Made by a program: the position numbers and the translations under genes. From Octopus sinensis (Eukaryota), in the NCBI RefSeq assembly GCF_006345805.1, contig NC_043003.1, positions 92,690,001-92,754,000 on the forward strand: 64,000 nucleotides of DNA, in the 5' to 3' direction. Under the pieces are notes generated by a model, which saw only the letters and a program-made list of their open reading frames with translations, had not been told where the DNA came from and did not search any database. This document shows positions 50,611-63,829 of this stretch, piece by piece (the stretch's first letter is position 1; each line of letters starts with the position of its first letter).

Positions 50611-50970
50611 CCAGTGACAAGTGAAAGGCACCCAAGCTGGTAAGACATAAAAGGTGCCCTGTGCCAATAGCATGTATAAAGGCACACCTGTGTATAAAAG
50701 CACCCATACTTGTGACATGTAAAAGGCACCTGTGCTGGTGATATGTATAAAGGCACCCATACTGGTGACACATAAAAGGCACTTGTGCTGGTGACATGTA
50801 AGAGGCACCTGTGCCACAGAAGAGGCACCTGCGTCAGTGACATGCTACAGGCACCCATGCCAATGATGTACTAAAGGTGCGTGTGCTAGTAACATATAAA
50901 GGACACCTGTGCCAGTGACACATAAAAGGCACCAATGCTGGTGACAGGTAAAAGGCCATTGACATGTGTA
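50611..50970 (+). repeat. Degenerate ~26-bp minisatellite (about 14 units) in the body of an RTE-tailed SINE
   Basis: Unit AAAGGCACCTGTGCTGGTGACATGTA recurs at ~26-nt spacing and is followed by the SINE tail to ~51135. Confidence 0.85.
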
Positions 50971-52099
50971 AGACATCTAGTACACTTTGCAGTGGTTGTT
51001 GTTAGGATGGGCATTCAGCTGTAGAAACCAAGCCAAAGCAGAGTGGAGCCTGATGCAATTCTCCAGCCTACCTGCTCCAGCCAAATTGTCTAACCCATGC
51101 CAGCATGGAAAACACATTAAATGATGATAATGATAAATTATGGTGATTATACTTGGGCTCAAATTCTACCTAATGTTAACTACAATAGGGCAAAGTTATA
51201 TCTGATACCAATGGTAAATATGAGAAAGTCAACATATGAAGTTATTACAAGCAACAACAGTAACGGCAATAAATTCTATTGAAATCTACAACTAGTGGGT
51301 AAAGGTTAACATACTAGGAGAGTTAAAACTAATGCTCATAAATTTGCCAGGAATATTGTTACTATTGCTCAGTTCCAGGCTAGTCCTGATATAGTAGACC
51401 CATGATCAAAGGTATTCTAACTTTGTATATCTTGTCCTTTTGCTTTTTAGGTATGTGTCCTCCTTTTTTTAAGATGGTAATGTTATTTGATGGACATTTG
51501 ACTGCTGTTTCTAGTAGGTTGAATGGCTCATGCAGGAATAAAATATTTCAACATTTTCAAAAAAATTCTGCTTGCAAAGAGAGCTATAAACACACACACA
51601 CACACACAGGGGAGAGAGAGTGAGAGAGAGAGAGAGAGAGAATTCCAATTCATGTCTTTTTGCTTCAGTTTAAAATTTCAAAGAAAATGTGTGTGTGTGT
51701 ATGTGCCTGAACAGATGCACATGTGTATGTGTGTGTGTGTGTGTGCACCTGCACATAACTGAAAAACAATTTCATAGCTGGAATTCAAATTTCATTAAAA
51801 TTTTGTGTTTATTTTTTTTTTCACTGGATTTCAAGTTACAAAAATGTTCAGTTTTTATTAATCTGAAATTTCAAGAAAGGGAGAGAGAGGGGAGGGATGG
51901 AGGGAAAGGGAAGAAGGGGTGAAAGGAGAGAGAGGGATGGAGGGAGAGGACAGACAGACAGAAAAAATGTTTTCATCTTGGAACAAGACAGAACAAGTAA
52001 AATATCTTAAAAAAATGTACAAATTTAATACAATTAAAATAAAACAAACCTACACAAGTGCAATCATTATAATGAAGAAAAAAAGCAAAACAAACAGAC

Positions 52100-52202
52100 C
52101 TTAAATCGAGGGTTTCCAGTTATAGAACCAAGACGGGCATATTCTGCTACTGGTCGCCGGTTGCCAACAGCTGATATTGGCCGTTTAGCCATTGTCTGTG
52201 TG
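52100..52202 (-). CDS. KIF3B: KIF3B-like exon (tail)
   Basis: (N)[34 protein letters not shown]; tatttag/gtctgt boundaries. Matches KRPVSAVGYKRP. Confidence 0.93.
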
Positions 52203-52451
52203 CTAAATAAAAATAAAGAAAAATGGGATGTTGCTGATCATTAGTCTACTTGATCAGAGATGTCCCGGGGTTAAACAGCAAATGCATTATCATGAAAATC
52301 CATATTTTACAATAAAGCCATGCCATGTTGTTTTCTGGAGATATTTCACAAGGTTAGTAATCATGGTCGAGGCCAGTACCAGTGGCAGGTGAAAGGCATC
52401 TGTGCTAGTGACATGTAGAAAGCACCTGTGCTGGCGATGCGTAGAAGGCAC

Positions 52452-52485
<34 letters not shown>

Positions 52486-53424
52486 TGTATTTATGAATCT
52501 TAATAGAGAAGAAGATGGAGAAAATTTTTTACATTGCCTGCAGGATTCAAGCATTACCTCTGCTGGAAACCCTGTAGCTGTGCTAACTATTACATCAAGG
52601 TGACATTACAACTTTGACTGTCATAATTAATTAGACTTCACCTGTGCAGATAGTTTTAAATCCTACACTATTTGCGTCTTTAAAAATAATATCTTGCAAA
52701 GCAAGGAAGCACCCAAATGGTCACTCGACCTGCAAGAAACAGCAGCCAAATCTCCCTTATCACATCCTACTATTTAAAGAATAAAAAAAATAAAAGGACA
52801 AATAAGGTAATGTAGTCCCTGATATAATATCTGAAAATAAAATAGGATGGTCCTGTCTTTGATCATAGATCTGGTTGGTCAAGGTTAACCTGGGATTAAC
52901 CCTTTAGCATTTAAACTAGCTATTATCAGCCAAAATATTCTACCTGCTTTATGTTCAGACTGACCAAATTTGGCCCTCGCACCTACTCTATAATGTCATT
53001 CTAAAAATAAACTACCATGTCATCAGAAGCTTGAAGCTACAAGATAAGTCATGATTAATTCAAAGCAATGCGAATAAATAAGCATTGTATTTGACAGAAT
53101 AATCTAAAGGCTAAAATAACAACAAGCTATCATGGATATCCATAATTTATTCTCCAGCCAAACTACAAAGACAAAAATGGTCAAGCTGATATGCTACAAG
53201 ATGACCCACTCAAAGATCTTGAGTACCAAATGACTGCACTTTGTATTGGAGTGGTGCATTTAATTCTGTTAAGCACGGATTCTTAAAAAAAAAAAATTCC
53301 ATATGATTGTATTACAAAGATAGGAAATTCCACCTCAGCCTTTCACAACAAGCATAAGTACAGAATTACTGTTATCCTAGATGGCTTGCATTGGTTGACC
53401 CAAGAATATAGAAAATACTTAAGG

Positions 53425-53636
53425 TGGCGAGCTTGCAGAAACATTGGTATGCCAAGCGAAATGCTTAGCAGTATTTCATCTGTCTTTACATTCTGAGTTC
53501 AAATTCTGCCAAGGTCAACTTTGCCTTTCATCCTTTTGGGATCAATAAATTAAGTGCCAGTTGCTTACTGGGGTCGATCTAATCAACTGGCCCCCTCCCA
53601 ATAATTTTGGGCCTTGTGCCTAGAGTAGAAAAGAAT
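53425..53636 (+). mobile_element. tRNA-derived SINE, family A
   Basis: GGTGGCGAGCTTGCAGAAAC head and TTCTGAGTTCAAATTC; the flanking gaatatagaaaatactt repeat is TSD-like. Confidence 0.8.
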
Positions 53637-53891
53637 ATAGAAAATACTTGCTCAAATGTACCATATGGTGGGGTTGAAACTAGAAGTATGTGGTTGTGAA
53701 GTGAACTGTTTAACCACACAGCCACCTCTACACATGAGATCATACTTCTAGCTAGACAGCAGTCATGCATGCAATAAGTCATTCTTTTCTTTAAATATAT
53801 AAAATATCAGCACTAACTGTTTATTGCAGTCATTAGATCCAGATATATTTCTGTCAGGAACTTTGTAGCTCTATGTTACTTAGAGAGGATT

Positions 53892-54175
53892 ATCATCATC
53901 ATCATCGTTTAACGCCCGTTTTCCATGCTAGCATGGATGGTTCGACTGGGGTCTGGGAAGCCAGGAGGCTGCACCAGGTTCCAGTATGATCTGGCAGTGT
54001 TTCTACAGCTGGATGCCCTTCCTAACGCTAACCACTCTGTGAGTGTAGTGGGTGCTTTTTACGTGCCACCTGCACAGGTGCCAGAGTAGGCTGGCAATGG
54101 CCATGAACGGTTGGTGCTTTTTACGTGTCACCGGCACGGAGGCCAGTAAAGGCGGTGCTGGCATTGGCCACATAC
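53892..54175 (-). mobile_element. RTE-tailed SINE-like element
   Basis: Same family, minus orientation. Confidence 0.78.
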
Positions 54176-54454
54176 GGATATTTTATGAAATTATCATGCT
54201 ATACTTATAATCCTTTCTACTATAGACACAAGAGCTGGAATTTAGGGGAAGGGGTTCGTCAATTACACTGACACCAGTGATCAACTGGGACTTATTTCAT
54301 TGACCCCAAAAGCTGACTTTGGCAGAATTCGAATGCAGAATGTAAAGACAGATAAAATACAGCAAAGCATTTTTTCTAGCAAGCTAACAATTCTGTAACA
54401 CTGGCACAAACACTCGTCATTCAGTAAAAAAAAAGGTAAAGACTTCCTTCGATC

Positions 54455-54768
54455 ATGAATGACCATGAGACTGCACCTAGAAAGTTACCCTCCGAGGGAC
54501 AAGTCTGGGAAAGGTTGTTTATGGAAGGCCAACAGTCACCCATGCATACCAGCCTTCCCCCTCCGCGCCACCAGTCTTATCCAAGCTAAATGCAAAGGGG
54601 CCGATACAGCTTGGCACCAGTGATGTCGTCACTCATTTCTACAGCTGAGTGAACTGGAGCAATGTGAAATAAAGTGTCTTGCTCAAGAACACAACACACA
54701 GCCCGGTCTGGGAATCAAACTCACTACCTCCTGATTGTGAACCAGATGCTCTAACCGCTGAGCCATGC
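54455..54768 (-). mobile_element. tRNA-derived SINE, family D
   Basis: TACAGCTGAGTGAACTGGAGCAATGTGAAATAAAGTGTCTTGCTCAAG...GGGAATCAAACTC...CTCTAACCGCTGAGCC is a tRNA head in reverse plus a conserved core. Confidence 0.65.
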
Positions 54769-55107
54769 ACTATCATTCAGTAATGAACTCTATAACACTG
54801 AATGAATAGCAGAAATCAATCTACCTTTACAATAGAATATTTGATGCATTTTTGATCTTTACTCACTAATGGCTTGTGGTTGTAAAATTTATACGCATTT
54901 ATATATCAACATCATTTAACATCCACTTTTCCATGCTTGCATAGGTCAGACTATGTTAGTTGAGCTGATTTTCTATGGCCATATGCCCTTCCAGTTGCCA
55001 ACCCCTATCTGTTTCCAAGTAAGGTGATATTTGAAGATTGGAAACAAAGGACACCACTTGCTTACATCTATCACAATGTCAAAGAAATGAAACAGTAACA
55101 TACACAC

Positions 55108-55345
55108 ATCATCATCATCATTTAGCGTCCGCTTTCCATGCTAGCATGGGTTGGACGGTTCAACTGGGGTCTGGGAAGCCAGAAAGCTGCACCAGGCCCA
55201 GTCTGATCTGGCAATGTTTCTATGGCTGGATGCCCTTCCTAACGCCAACCACTCCATGAGTGTAGCGGGTGCTTTTTATGTGCCACCGGCACAGGTGCCA
55301 GACGGGGCTGGCAAACGGCCACGGTCGGATGGTGCTTTTTACGTG
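55108..55345 (-). mobile_element. RTE-tailed SINE-like element
   Basis: Same family, minus orientation, three modules. Confidence 0.78.
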
Positions 55346-56155
55346 CCACCGGCACGGGGCATCTTTCAGTTTCCATTTACCACATTCACTTGCAAGGCTT
55401 TCGTTGGCCTCAGGCTATTATAGTGGACACTTGACCAAGGTGCCATATAGTTGCACTGAACCTGTAACCATGTGGTTGGGAAGCAAACTTTTTACCATAT
55501 AGCCACATCAATATATATGTACTGAGGTTGAAAGACAATGGGAAAATGTACCAGTCGAACCATCCATGCTAGCATGGAAAACGGGCGTTAAACGATGATG
55601 ATGATGATAATCCTCTCTAAGTAACATAGAGCTACTACAAAGTTCCTGACAGAAATATATCTGAATCTAATGACTGCAATAAACAGTTAGCACTGATATT
55701 TTATATATTTGAAGAAAAGAATGACTTCTGCTGTCTAGCTAGAAGTATGATCTCGTGTAGAGGTGGCTCAAAATATTAGCCATTGACTGAATTAACTCTT
55801 TAGTATTGAAACCAACCAGATCTGACCTCTCACACCTACCCTACAATGTGATTATAAAAATAACCATTCACATTGAAATCTCAAAGCCACAAGATAATGC
55901 AGGTTTAATTCAAAACAATGTGAATAAATAAGCATTACATTAGATATTGTAATCTGAATGCAAAACTATCAAGCATCAAATTTCATGTCTTTTTAGAATG
56001 AATTAAATATCATTTACTTCTGGTATTGAACATTTAATATTTTTAGCTTTAGTTAGAGTAGGCACTTCGTACATTGTCTGAAAGAGGAAACACTTCTTGA
56101 ACACACCATATAAAATAGGCAACAAAATTTGAAATCTAAAACATTTATTACTTAC

Positions 56156-56269
56156 TTGGATTTAGTAAGAGGTTGCAGTTTCCAAGTGTCCTCATCTTCA
56201 TCAAAATAGGCACGGTTCATGACTTTATTCTTCTCCTCATGCGGAATGAAATTTTCTATGATTAGTAAC
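56156..56269 (-). CDS. KIF3B: KIF3B-like exon (stalk/tail junction)
   Basis: (K)[37 protein letters not shown]; ctttcag/gtaagt boundaries. Matches KIF3[31 protein letters not shown]. Confidence 0.95.
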
Positions 56270-57830
56270 CTGAAAGTGAAAACATTAGTACAGAAAGTTT
56301 AGCCATAGAAATATACCCTTCCAGAAACTGTGGTAGGTTGAGCTTTATTTAGGTTTGACATATGACTGTCCCAGTTGATCAACCAACGAAAGAACTACCT
56401 ACACATTGTCTTATAAGGTAAGTGGCTGAATATAGTACAGACACTTGCATCATCATCATCATTCTTATGTCTGTTTTTCCATGTTTGCATGGGTTGGACG
56501 GGTTTTCTCCAACACAGCATCCTGCTACTTTTTTATGTTCCATAGTATCTTAATGTATCCTTCAAGTCATCTTCACATAAACTCAGTAGTGTGACACTGT
56601 ATATCAAAGACAGCACCTTTGATTGATAGGTATCACCTATCTAGTGAATATCCTTCCCATAAATTTTCATTGTACTCAATTTCACTTACATGGAAGATGC
56701 AGGTGTAGCTGTGGTTAAGACACTTGCTTCCCAACCATGTGGACTCAGGTTCAGTCCCACTGCACAAAACCATGGGAAAATGACTTCTATAGCCATAGGC
56801 TGACCAAAACCTTGTCAGTGGATTTGGTAGATGGAAACTGAGAGAAGCCCAGTGTATAAAAATTGCTTTAATAAATTCCATGTGACCCTTGCAAACATGG
56901 AAAAGTGGATGTTAAATGATGATGAAATGATGAAGAGAGAGTGTGTGTGTGTGTGTGTGTGTACCTTAATCTAGACATTGTGAGAGTTGTAAACAAGCAT
57001 TACAATCTTACAAGCGATATTGCTTGTTTCCAGTCTATTATGAAAAACATATCTAGCCATGTACAAATATTACCTTACTTTAAAACAGATGGACGGGAGG
57101 TGACCAGGGAAGGGCATCCAGTTGTAGAAAATCCACCTCAATAAATTTCCCCAGACCCATCAACGTCATATGTTATACACTTTTGTAGTGCATTAATGAC
57201 ACTACAAAATCCTTCCTTATTAAGTGCAACTTCTCCTTACCCAACCAAGTTATAGCATTACTTTATTCTAACTTTCTCCATAGTGTTCCCTTGGTAGAGA
57301 TATTAGGGTGGTTTGCCATTGCATTCCACAACTGGATAGCCACTGGTCCACAAGGCGTGCATCTGCCCTTTGACAGGTTTTGCTTTTAGTTCTGCGGGGT
57401 GTCCAGACACCTTCCTCACAAGAACAGGTAGTACCACTCTGCATGGTACTAGTTGCAGGTTTCATCAGCTTGTGATGAGATCCCTGACCTGACAAGTCTC
57501 TAACCCATGCAAGCATGGAAAAGTGGATGTTAAAACAATGATGACAATGTTGGATTATTGGTTCAAACCAAAAATTTGGCAGAAGATATATGCCAAGGTA
57601 CTATACATAAGATTGAATTTAAAGGACTTTGTAGTTGAGAAACAAACATCTTAACCTTCACATGGTTATGCACCCATAGTTTAAATTTCATTAAATGCCA
57701 ACAATTCCTGAATGGCTGGACACTAACATCATTGTCAGTACACTGATATTGTAGAGAGAAGGGAAGAAGACAACAAGAAAAATGGCCCAGAATGGGAAGA
57801 GTGAAAAAGAGAAATATCAAGTGTTCATAC

Positions 57831-57949
57831 TTGAGTTTTAGTTCCCGCGTCAGCTGCATCTGTGTCTGCTCCAGTTCCTGTCTCTCCTTAACATGTTCTT
57901 CCTGTAGGTCTTGGATTTCCTGCTTTGTGGATTGTAACTTGGAAAACAG
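57831..57949 (-). CDS. KIF3B: KIF3B-like exon (stalk)
   Basis: [39 protein letters not shown](K); ttttcag/gtatga boundaries. Confidence 0.95.
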
Positions 57950-59229
57950 CTGAAAATGTTGAGAGGGAAAGATATACAATTGTTAATTAAAAGATAGAAA
58001 AATTATGAGTGAGGTAAACAGACAAGTTGAGACATAAACATAGAGGTGGAGAAACAGAGTTGAATAAAGTGAATGAGATTGATGAACAATTATAAATGGG
58101 AGGACAGACTTAATTGAAATTGAATGAATAATTAAGTAACTGGATCAATGAAATGAACTGTAATGGGAAATTTCAGGTTTAATTGTAATACATACATAGA
58201 TATATCCAAGCCTACTCCCCATTTTTTTAGGGAGGGGGTAGCCACAACAAGACACACACCAGGCATTCCATTCAATTTTCCTGCTTAAAGAGGTGAGCCC
58301 TGTGCTATACTTGGGTCAAGGCATAAAATGCAACCCCCAATATCAGCAGCAGGGCCAGACAGCATATGCTGGTTTACCCCTGCCGCATCATGCTGATTCT
58401 GTACCCCTCTGAGCACCATAAATTTACTCATCTGTCCACAGACACCCGCCAAGCTTTCATTTATAAACTCTCTTGCCTCTCTCACTCCAACACTTCTAAC
58501 CACCAAAGCTTTCCTCACTTCATCAATCTACACAAACTGAAGTCTGCCTCTGGTTCTGCTACCTACCAGTTCCACCTTCATCACCTTCCTTACATCCACT
58601 CCTCATTCATCCTCTCCATGTGGCCAAACCACCTCAACATTCGTCTATCCATTTTAGTTGCTAGTTTTTCTCATTCCTGCTTGCCTTCGCACCTCCTCAT
58701 TCCTCATCCTGTCTAAGGTCATTGTAATAGATATGATATATACATACATATATGTGTGTGTGTATATATATTATATATATATATATATATATATTTATAT
58801 AAAACAATGAAACCCGAAAGATGAATGAATCTTCATTCATTGCAATATATGTAGATGGTAGAGGCATGGTTATGTGGTTAAGAAGTTTAATTTCCAATTA
58901 CATGGTTTCAGTTTCAGTCTCACTGCATGACATCTTGGGCAAGTGTCTTTTACTATAATCCTGGATCAATCAAAACCTTGTGTGAATTTGGTAGATGGAA
59001 ACCGAAAAATGTCTGTCACACACATCTCTAGATATAAAATGGGTGTGCATTTGTGTTGATATAATTGTTATAAAACAAGTGTCACACAAGCAACAATCTT
59101 GTGTCTTTTATATTACTTGGAAACAGGTAAAGGTTGACAATAAGAGGCACATCTGGCAGTAGAAAATATGCCTCAACTAATTCTGTTAGACCCATGCAAG
59201 AATGGGAAAGTGGACATCAAAATAATTAC

Positions 59230-59349
59230 TTTTTTTAATTTCTTTGTTTTTACTTCAACCTCTTGTTGCAGGGATGCATAGGTCTCCTGTAATTCCAGAG
59301 CTGTTTCTTCTTTTTGATCCAATTTTTGTTGCATCTCTCTTTCTTTACG
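59230..59349 (-). CDS. KIF3B: KIF3B-like exon (stalk)
   Basis: [40 protein letters not shown], 120 nt; AAG acceptor after a T-run, gtaatt donor. Confidence 0.95.
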
Positions 59350-59547
59350 CTTTAAAAAAATAAAAACAGACAATTAAGAACAACACTGACACATCAAAGC
59401 ATTTTCTTTATGCAGTTACTAGCTTAAAAGCAACACTTCATGCAGAAATTTTAAGGTAGCTTCTGTGGAGAGCTAATTGGGCCTGCATCCCAAAACTAAA
59501 GGGAGCTAAATAGCATGACTATAATACATCTATGACTATATGCCCAG

Positions 59548-59770
59548 GTGGTTCGAGCTGGCAGAATTGTTAGTATGCCGGGCAAAATGCTTAGCGGTAT
59601 TTCGCCTGTCTTTACATTCTGAGTTCAAATTCCGCCGAGGTTGACTTTGCCTTTCATCCTTTTGGGGTCGATTAAATAAGTACCAGTTACGCACTGGTGT
59701 CGATATAAACAACTTAATCCGTTTGTCTGTCCTCTCTATGTTTAAACCCTTGTGGGTAGTAAAGAAATAA
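59548..59770 (+). mobile_element. tRNA-derived SINE, family A
   Basis: Same head and core as 26433-26847. Confidence 0.8.
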
Positions 59771-60295
59771 GTTTTTGAGGTTAACGACAGATAAGAATTA
59801 ATTCTGTAATGCAATCATTCTATTGTTCCAGTCCCAAGTTGAATTCCAACTGTTGGCCAATTTGTTTCAAAGTTCTTATCTCGGTGTATATTTAATGAAG
59901 CGAATGCCAATTAAGTCTTCCTTGATCTCTGACAAATGCCAACCAAGATGGTGTGAACCAGCCAAACTTTGCCTGCGAGAAGTAGCAAGCCGAATGCTTT
60001 TAAATCAGATCCCAATGACTGATGTCCAAGAACCAAATGAAGGTCAGATTGTTAATCCCGGGATCAGCCTGATTCCAAAAAAGGTATGTAAAGCAAATGT
60101 AGACTGAGATACAGGGGTTCTGGACAGACAGAATTTTGCATTTATCATTACAGAAGTTTGATCCTCAGTCAAGTGGTTTTGGGTTCAGTCCCACTGCATG
60201 GCACCTTGGGTTAGTATCTTCTACTCTAGTCGTGGGCTGATCAAAGCCATATGAATAGATATAGTAGATGGAAACTGAAAGAAACCTATTTATAT

Positions 60296-60428
60296 GTATC
60301 CAGCCGTAGAAACATTGCCAGATCAGACTGGGCCTGGTGCAGCCTTCTGGCTTCCCAGACCCCAGTTGAACCATCCAACCCATGCCAGTATGGAAAGCGG
60401 ACGCTAAATGAGGATGATGATGATGATG
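60296..60428 (+). mobile_element. RTE-tailed SINE-like element, 3' fragment
   Basis: GTAGAAACATTGCCAGATCAGACTGG...CATGCCAGTATGGAAAGCGGACG (GAT)n. Confidence 0.72.
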
Positions 60429-61120
60429 TAAGTGTGTCCGTGTGTGAATGTGCTTCTTGTCTCCTTATTTTGACATTGCGTGACAGTTATGAAAGAGCAT
60501 CATTCATTCTCAATCTTCTGCATAAGCATGTCCATTTGTGGAGAAATATTATATTCTTTTCTACTCTAGGCACAAGGAGAAATATTATATTACTAGGAAA
60601 CAGGTGGTACTGGCAATGACCTCACTCGAATCTTTTTACACATGCCACTGGCACAGGTGCCATTAAGGTGACATTGGTAATGATTACAAGGCGATCTTCT
60701 AACAAAATAAGTTTTTTTTTTTTAATCCATGAGTTATAGCTGATAGCCATTATCAAATTTCTTACTCATTTGATATCTAAAATACTGAAAATAGGCTCTG
60801 TTTAAATTTTCCAATAACAAAGAGAATTACATCAACTGGTGGCATGGAGAACATATACTGTAGCTATGAAATTAAGATGTTGAGCAATTGATCTCAGGAT
60901 TGAGAGTTCAACCCTAACTACAGCCATTACTGAGATGACAGCAGACAACATTTCTACTTCTCATTTTAGAGCTAAACAGTAAAAAGGGCATCAAGACGTA
61001 GAAACAATTGCTCCAACAATGTGCATATAACTAAAATTTACAAATCATATCTGGGGTGAAAAACAAAAGTAAAACAGAAAAATGTTTTGTAAAATAGATA
61101 AACTACACATTAAAATTTAC

Positions 61121-61225
61121 CTTCTGGTCAGCAATTTCTGACCTTCGTTGCTCTAAGGCTCTCTGTTGTTCATTAGTGTGGTCAACAATGTTTTTGCCAC
61201 CCATCAGTAACTTGCTCTCCATTGC
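61121..61225 (-). CDS. KIF3B: KIF3B-like exon (stalk)
   Basis: [35 protein letters not shown], near-identical to KIF3[22 protein letters not shown]; ttttcag/gtaaat boundaries. Confidence 0.95.
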
Positions 61226-62592
61226 CTGAAAATCAAATGCATTAAATATATCAATACAAGAAATTTAGGGACCACATATAACAATATGTAATGACAACAG
61301 TGACAGTTACATGTAAAGCTACAGATAAAATATAAACAAAAAAAGAGGTTAAGCAGATCAAGTAGATATTATACTGGATTACCAGTTCAGGGTTTTGATT
61401 TCAATTCCACTGCAAGTGTTTTGATGTGAATTTCGGCAGGTTACTCAATTTCATATTTATCAGGGTTATTTAGAGTTTCAGGAATAGATAGCAAATATTC
61501 CAAAACTATTTCCTAAGATAGGGTAGCATTCTAATTCTACTTACATTCAGTTAAAAGCTTAAAACAAGAGCTAAATGTCTTCCCTTATGTGTATTTTTAG
61601 GCTTTGAAGACATTTACATTTTTATACACTACAATAAATTTCTTAAAAAAACAGCACATGTTCTGAAGAACTCTTAAAAAAAATGCAAACCAAAGATCTT
61701 CGACACAAGCAGAACTTATATGATTTAAATGGTTTCTCCAAGCAGCAACTTTTATAGGAATCTTGCTACATATGAATGTATTGTTTTGCTAATTCTTATT
61801 TTTCATAGCACAGATGAAAGAAGTGGTATTGGAAAGCTTTTCAACAGCAAACTACACCAATAATTTCAAATTCAGTTTTTCTTAGCATAAACAGGAAACA
61901 GTAAGATTGTGATATAGGCACAGGCACGGCTCTGTGTTGTAAAGAAGTTCACTTCTTAGCCATATTGCTTTCGGTTCAGTTCCCTCTGCACAGTACCATG
62001 GGCAAGTGTTTCCTTACTATAGCCCTGGTCCAACCAGTATCTTGTGAGGGGATACAGACAATGGAAACTGAAAGAAGCCTTTATATATAATTTATGGTGA
62101 GCTATGCAGTGAGGCCACCCATTCGTGGCAAGGATGCCACTGGTGATACTTATTGACATTTCCTGTCAACAAATTGTCAGCTAGCTCCGCACTTCTGAAT
62201 TCCCCTGCAAGAAAGCAGGTAAGGGTCGGCAGCAGGAAGAGCCTTCAGCTATAAAAATCCTACCTCAACACATCCCAATGCTTGGTACCAAGAAACAAAA
62301 AAGAAATTAAATACACAAATGAATGACAAAGAAATAATAGACATATCGTTTCATGCATAGCATTGATACACAACATGAAGCTGAAGTATTTAGTGTGATG
62401 TCCCTATGAAATTTAATGGATTAAGAGACAGACTTAATATATACCATAAAGCATCTGTATTTTTACAGAAGTACAAAAGTAATGGAGTATAGGAAAATCA
62501 GTTGGATTATGCCAAAACTGAAGCTGTCACTCCTATAATTGTGGAACATATAGTAATATACAGAGGTACAACAGCAATATATGAACAGTTAC

Positions 62593-62685
62593 CTTGATTT
62601 TAGATGCCAACATATCTCTAGCTTCCTTTTCTTTCAATAAGCGAGATTCATTCTCCTTTAGTTCAGACAACAGCTTTTCTTTTTC
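62593..62685 (-). CDS. KIF3B: KIF3B-like exon (stalk coiled coil)
   Basis: EKEKLLSELKENESRLLKEKEARDMLASKIK, 93 nt, phase 0-0, ctacag/gtaact boundaries. Confidence 0.92.
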
Positions 62686-62782
62686 CTGTAGATCAATGAA
62701 GATTAATATTAAAACAAAAGGATTTTATTTTTTAAATATAAGACATTTTCATCAAAAAGTTTTTTAAAACTAGTTTTATATG

Positions 62783-62995
62783 TTATTGGCAGAATTGTTA
62801 GCATGCCAGACGAAATGCTTAGCAGTATTTCATCTGCTGCTACATTCTGAGTTCAAATTCAGCCAAGGTCGACTTTGCCTTTCATCCTTTCAGGGTCAAT
62901 AAAATAAGTACCGGTTAAGTAGTGAGGTTGATGTAATTGGCTATTCCCCTCCCCCAAATTTCAGTCCTTGTGCTTATGGTAGAAAGGATTATTTA
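62783..62995 (+). mobile_element. tRNA-derived SINE, family A
   Basis: GGCAGAATTGTTAGCATGCC...TTCTGAGTTCAAATTC...GTCGACTTTGCCTTTCATCC. Confidence 0.78.
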
Positions 62996-63207
62996 TTATT
63001 ATTTTCATATCTATTACAGCTGAAGTGCTGCTAGGGCTCCATGTCTGTTTTGGGATGGTTTCTATGGGCCCACTTTCATATCTTACTCAGATAAGAAATT
63101 GATATTGATAGTCATTATTCCAATTTCTGCATATTTCATGATGATGATGATATTGATAGCGTCTTTGCATACTATTTTACTTAAATCATTGAAAAGCCAT
63201 TATTTAC

Positions 63208-63353
63208 CTCAGCTATTAAAGATTGGTCCCCCAAAATGGCCTTTTTCTCCTCTTCAAGCCGTTGTTGTTGTTCCTGCATATATGCTTCAGCATCCACATT
63301 GTTGTCACCTTCTACTTCCTCTTCCTCCTCGTCATCTGTCATTACCTCGCCAC
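63208..63353 (-). CDS. KIF3B: KIF3B-like exon (acidic linker, start of stalk)
   Basis: (S)GEVMTDDEEEEEVEGDNNVDAEAYMQEQQQRLEEEKKAILGDQSLIAE; ttag acceptor, gtaaat donor. Resembles KIF3B EQQEKLEIEKRAIVEDHSLVAE. Confidence 0.9.
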
Positions 63354-63612
63354 CTAAAGATTAAAAAAAAGGAGGGAGAGAGAAACAAATTTTTCAGTTC
63401 AAATCTTGGCAACATCAATTTTTACCATTAATCTAACAAGAGTTGAGAAAAATTAATAACACACTGGGATCAATTCAACTTATTTTAATTTCTCCTATAA
63501 ATACAGAATTTGTGCTCTAATCTGTACAATTCAGGTATAAATTCAACATAAGTTTCTTATCGTTATAAGCACAATCTTCTCAAAACTGATAAGACAAATG
63601 AACTAAACTTAC

Positions 63613-63677
63613 TGTCCAGTCGTTTTTTGGACTTCTTTTTGCCATGAGTTCCTCGTGCAGCTAGGTGGGCTTTTAAC
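63613..63677 (-). CDS. KIF3B: KIF3B-like kinesin-2 subunit, first exon in window (neck coil)
   Basis: ctctttatttcag|G TTA AAA GCC CAC... = (R)LKAHLAARGTHGKKKSKKRLD, donor gtaagt. Matches the RLKAQL neck region of KIF3B. Confidence 0.85.
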
Positions 63678-63829
63678 CTGAAATAAAGAGAAAACATTTA
63701 CTTTTTCAGGCATTTTTACACCGACCTCCTCCTCCTTTTAATATCCACTTCACACTTGTATGGGTCAGATTGAGTTTATTGTGGATGTGTAAAAACCTTG
63801 AAATTTTCTTTCTCATCATCAGTGGATTA

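Larger units (their letters stand above)
53720..55768. repeat. Local inverted duplication (arms 53720-53949 and 55551-55768) in a KIF3B intron
   Basis: The arms are reverse complements apart from a few substitutions and two small indels. They include non-SINE sequence and the same internally deleted SINE end. Confidence 0.92.
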
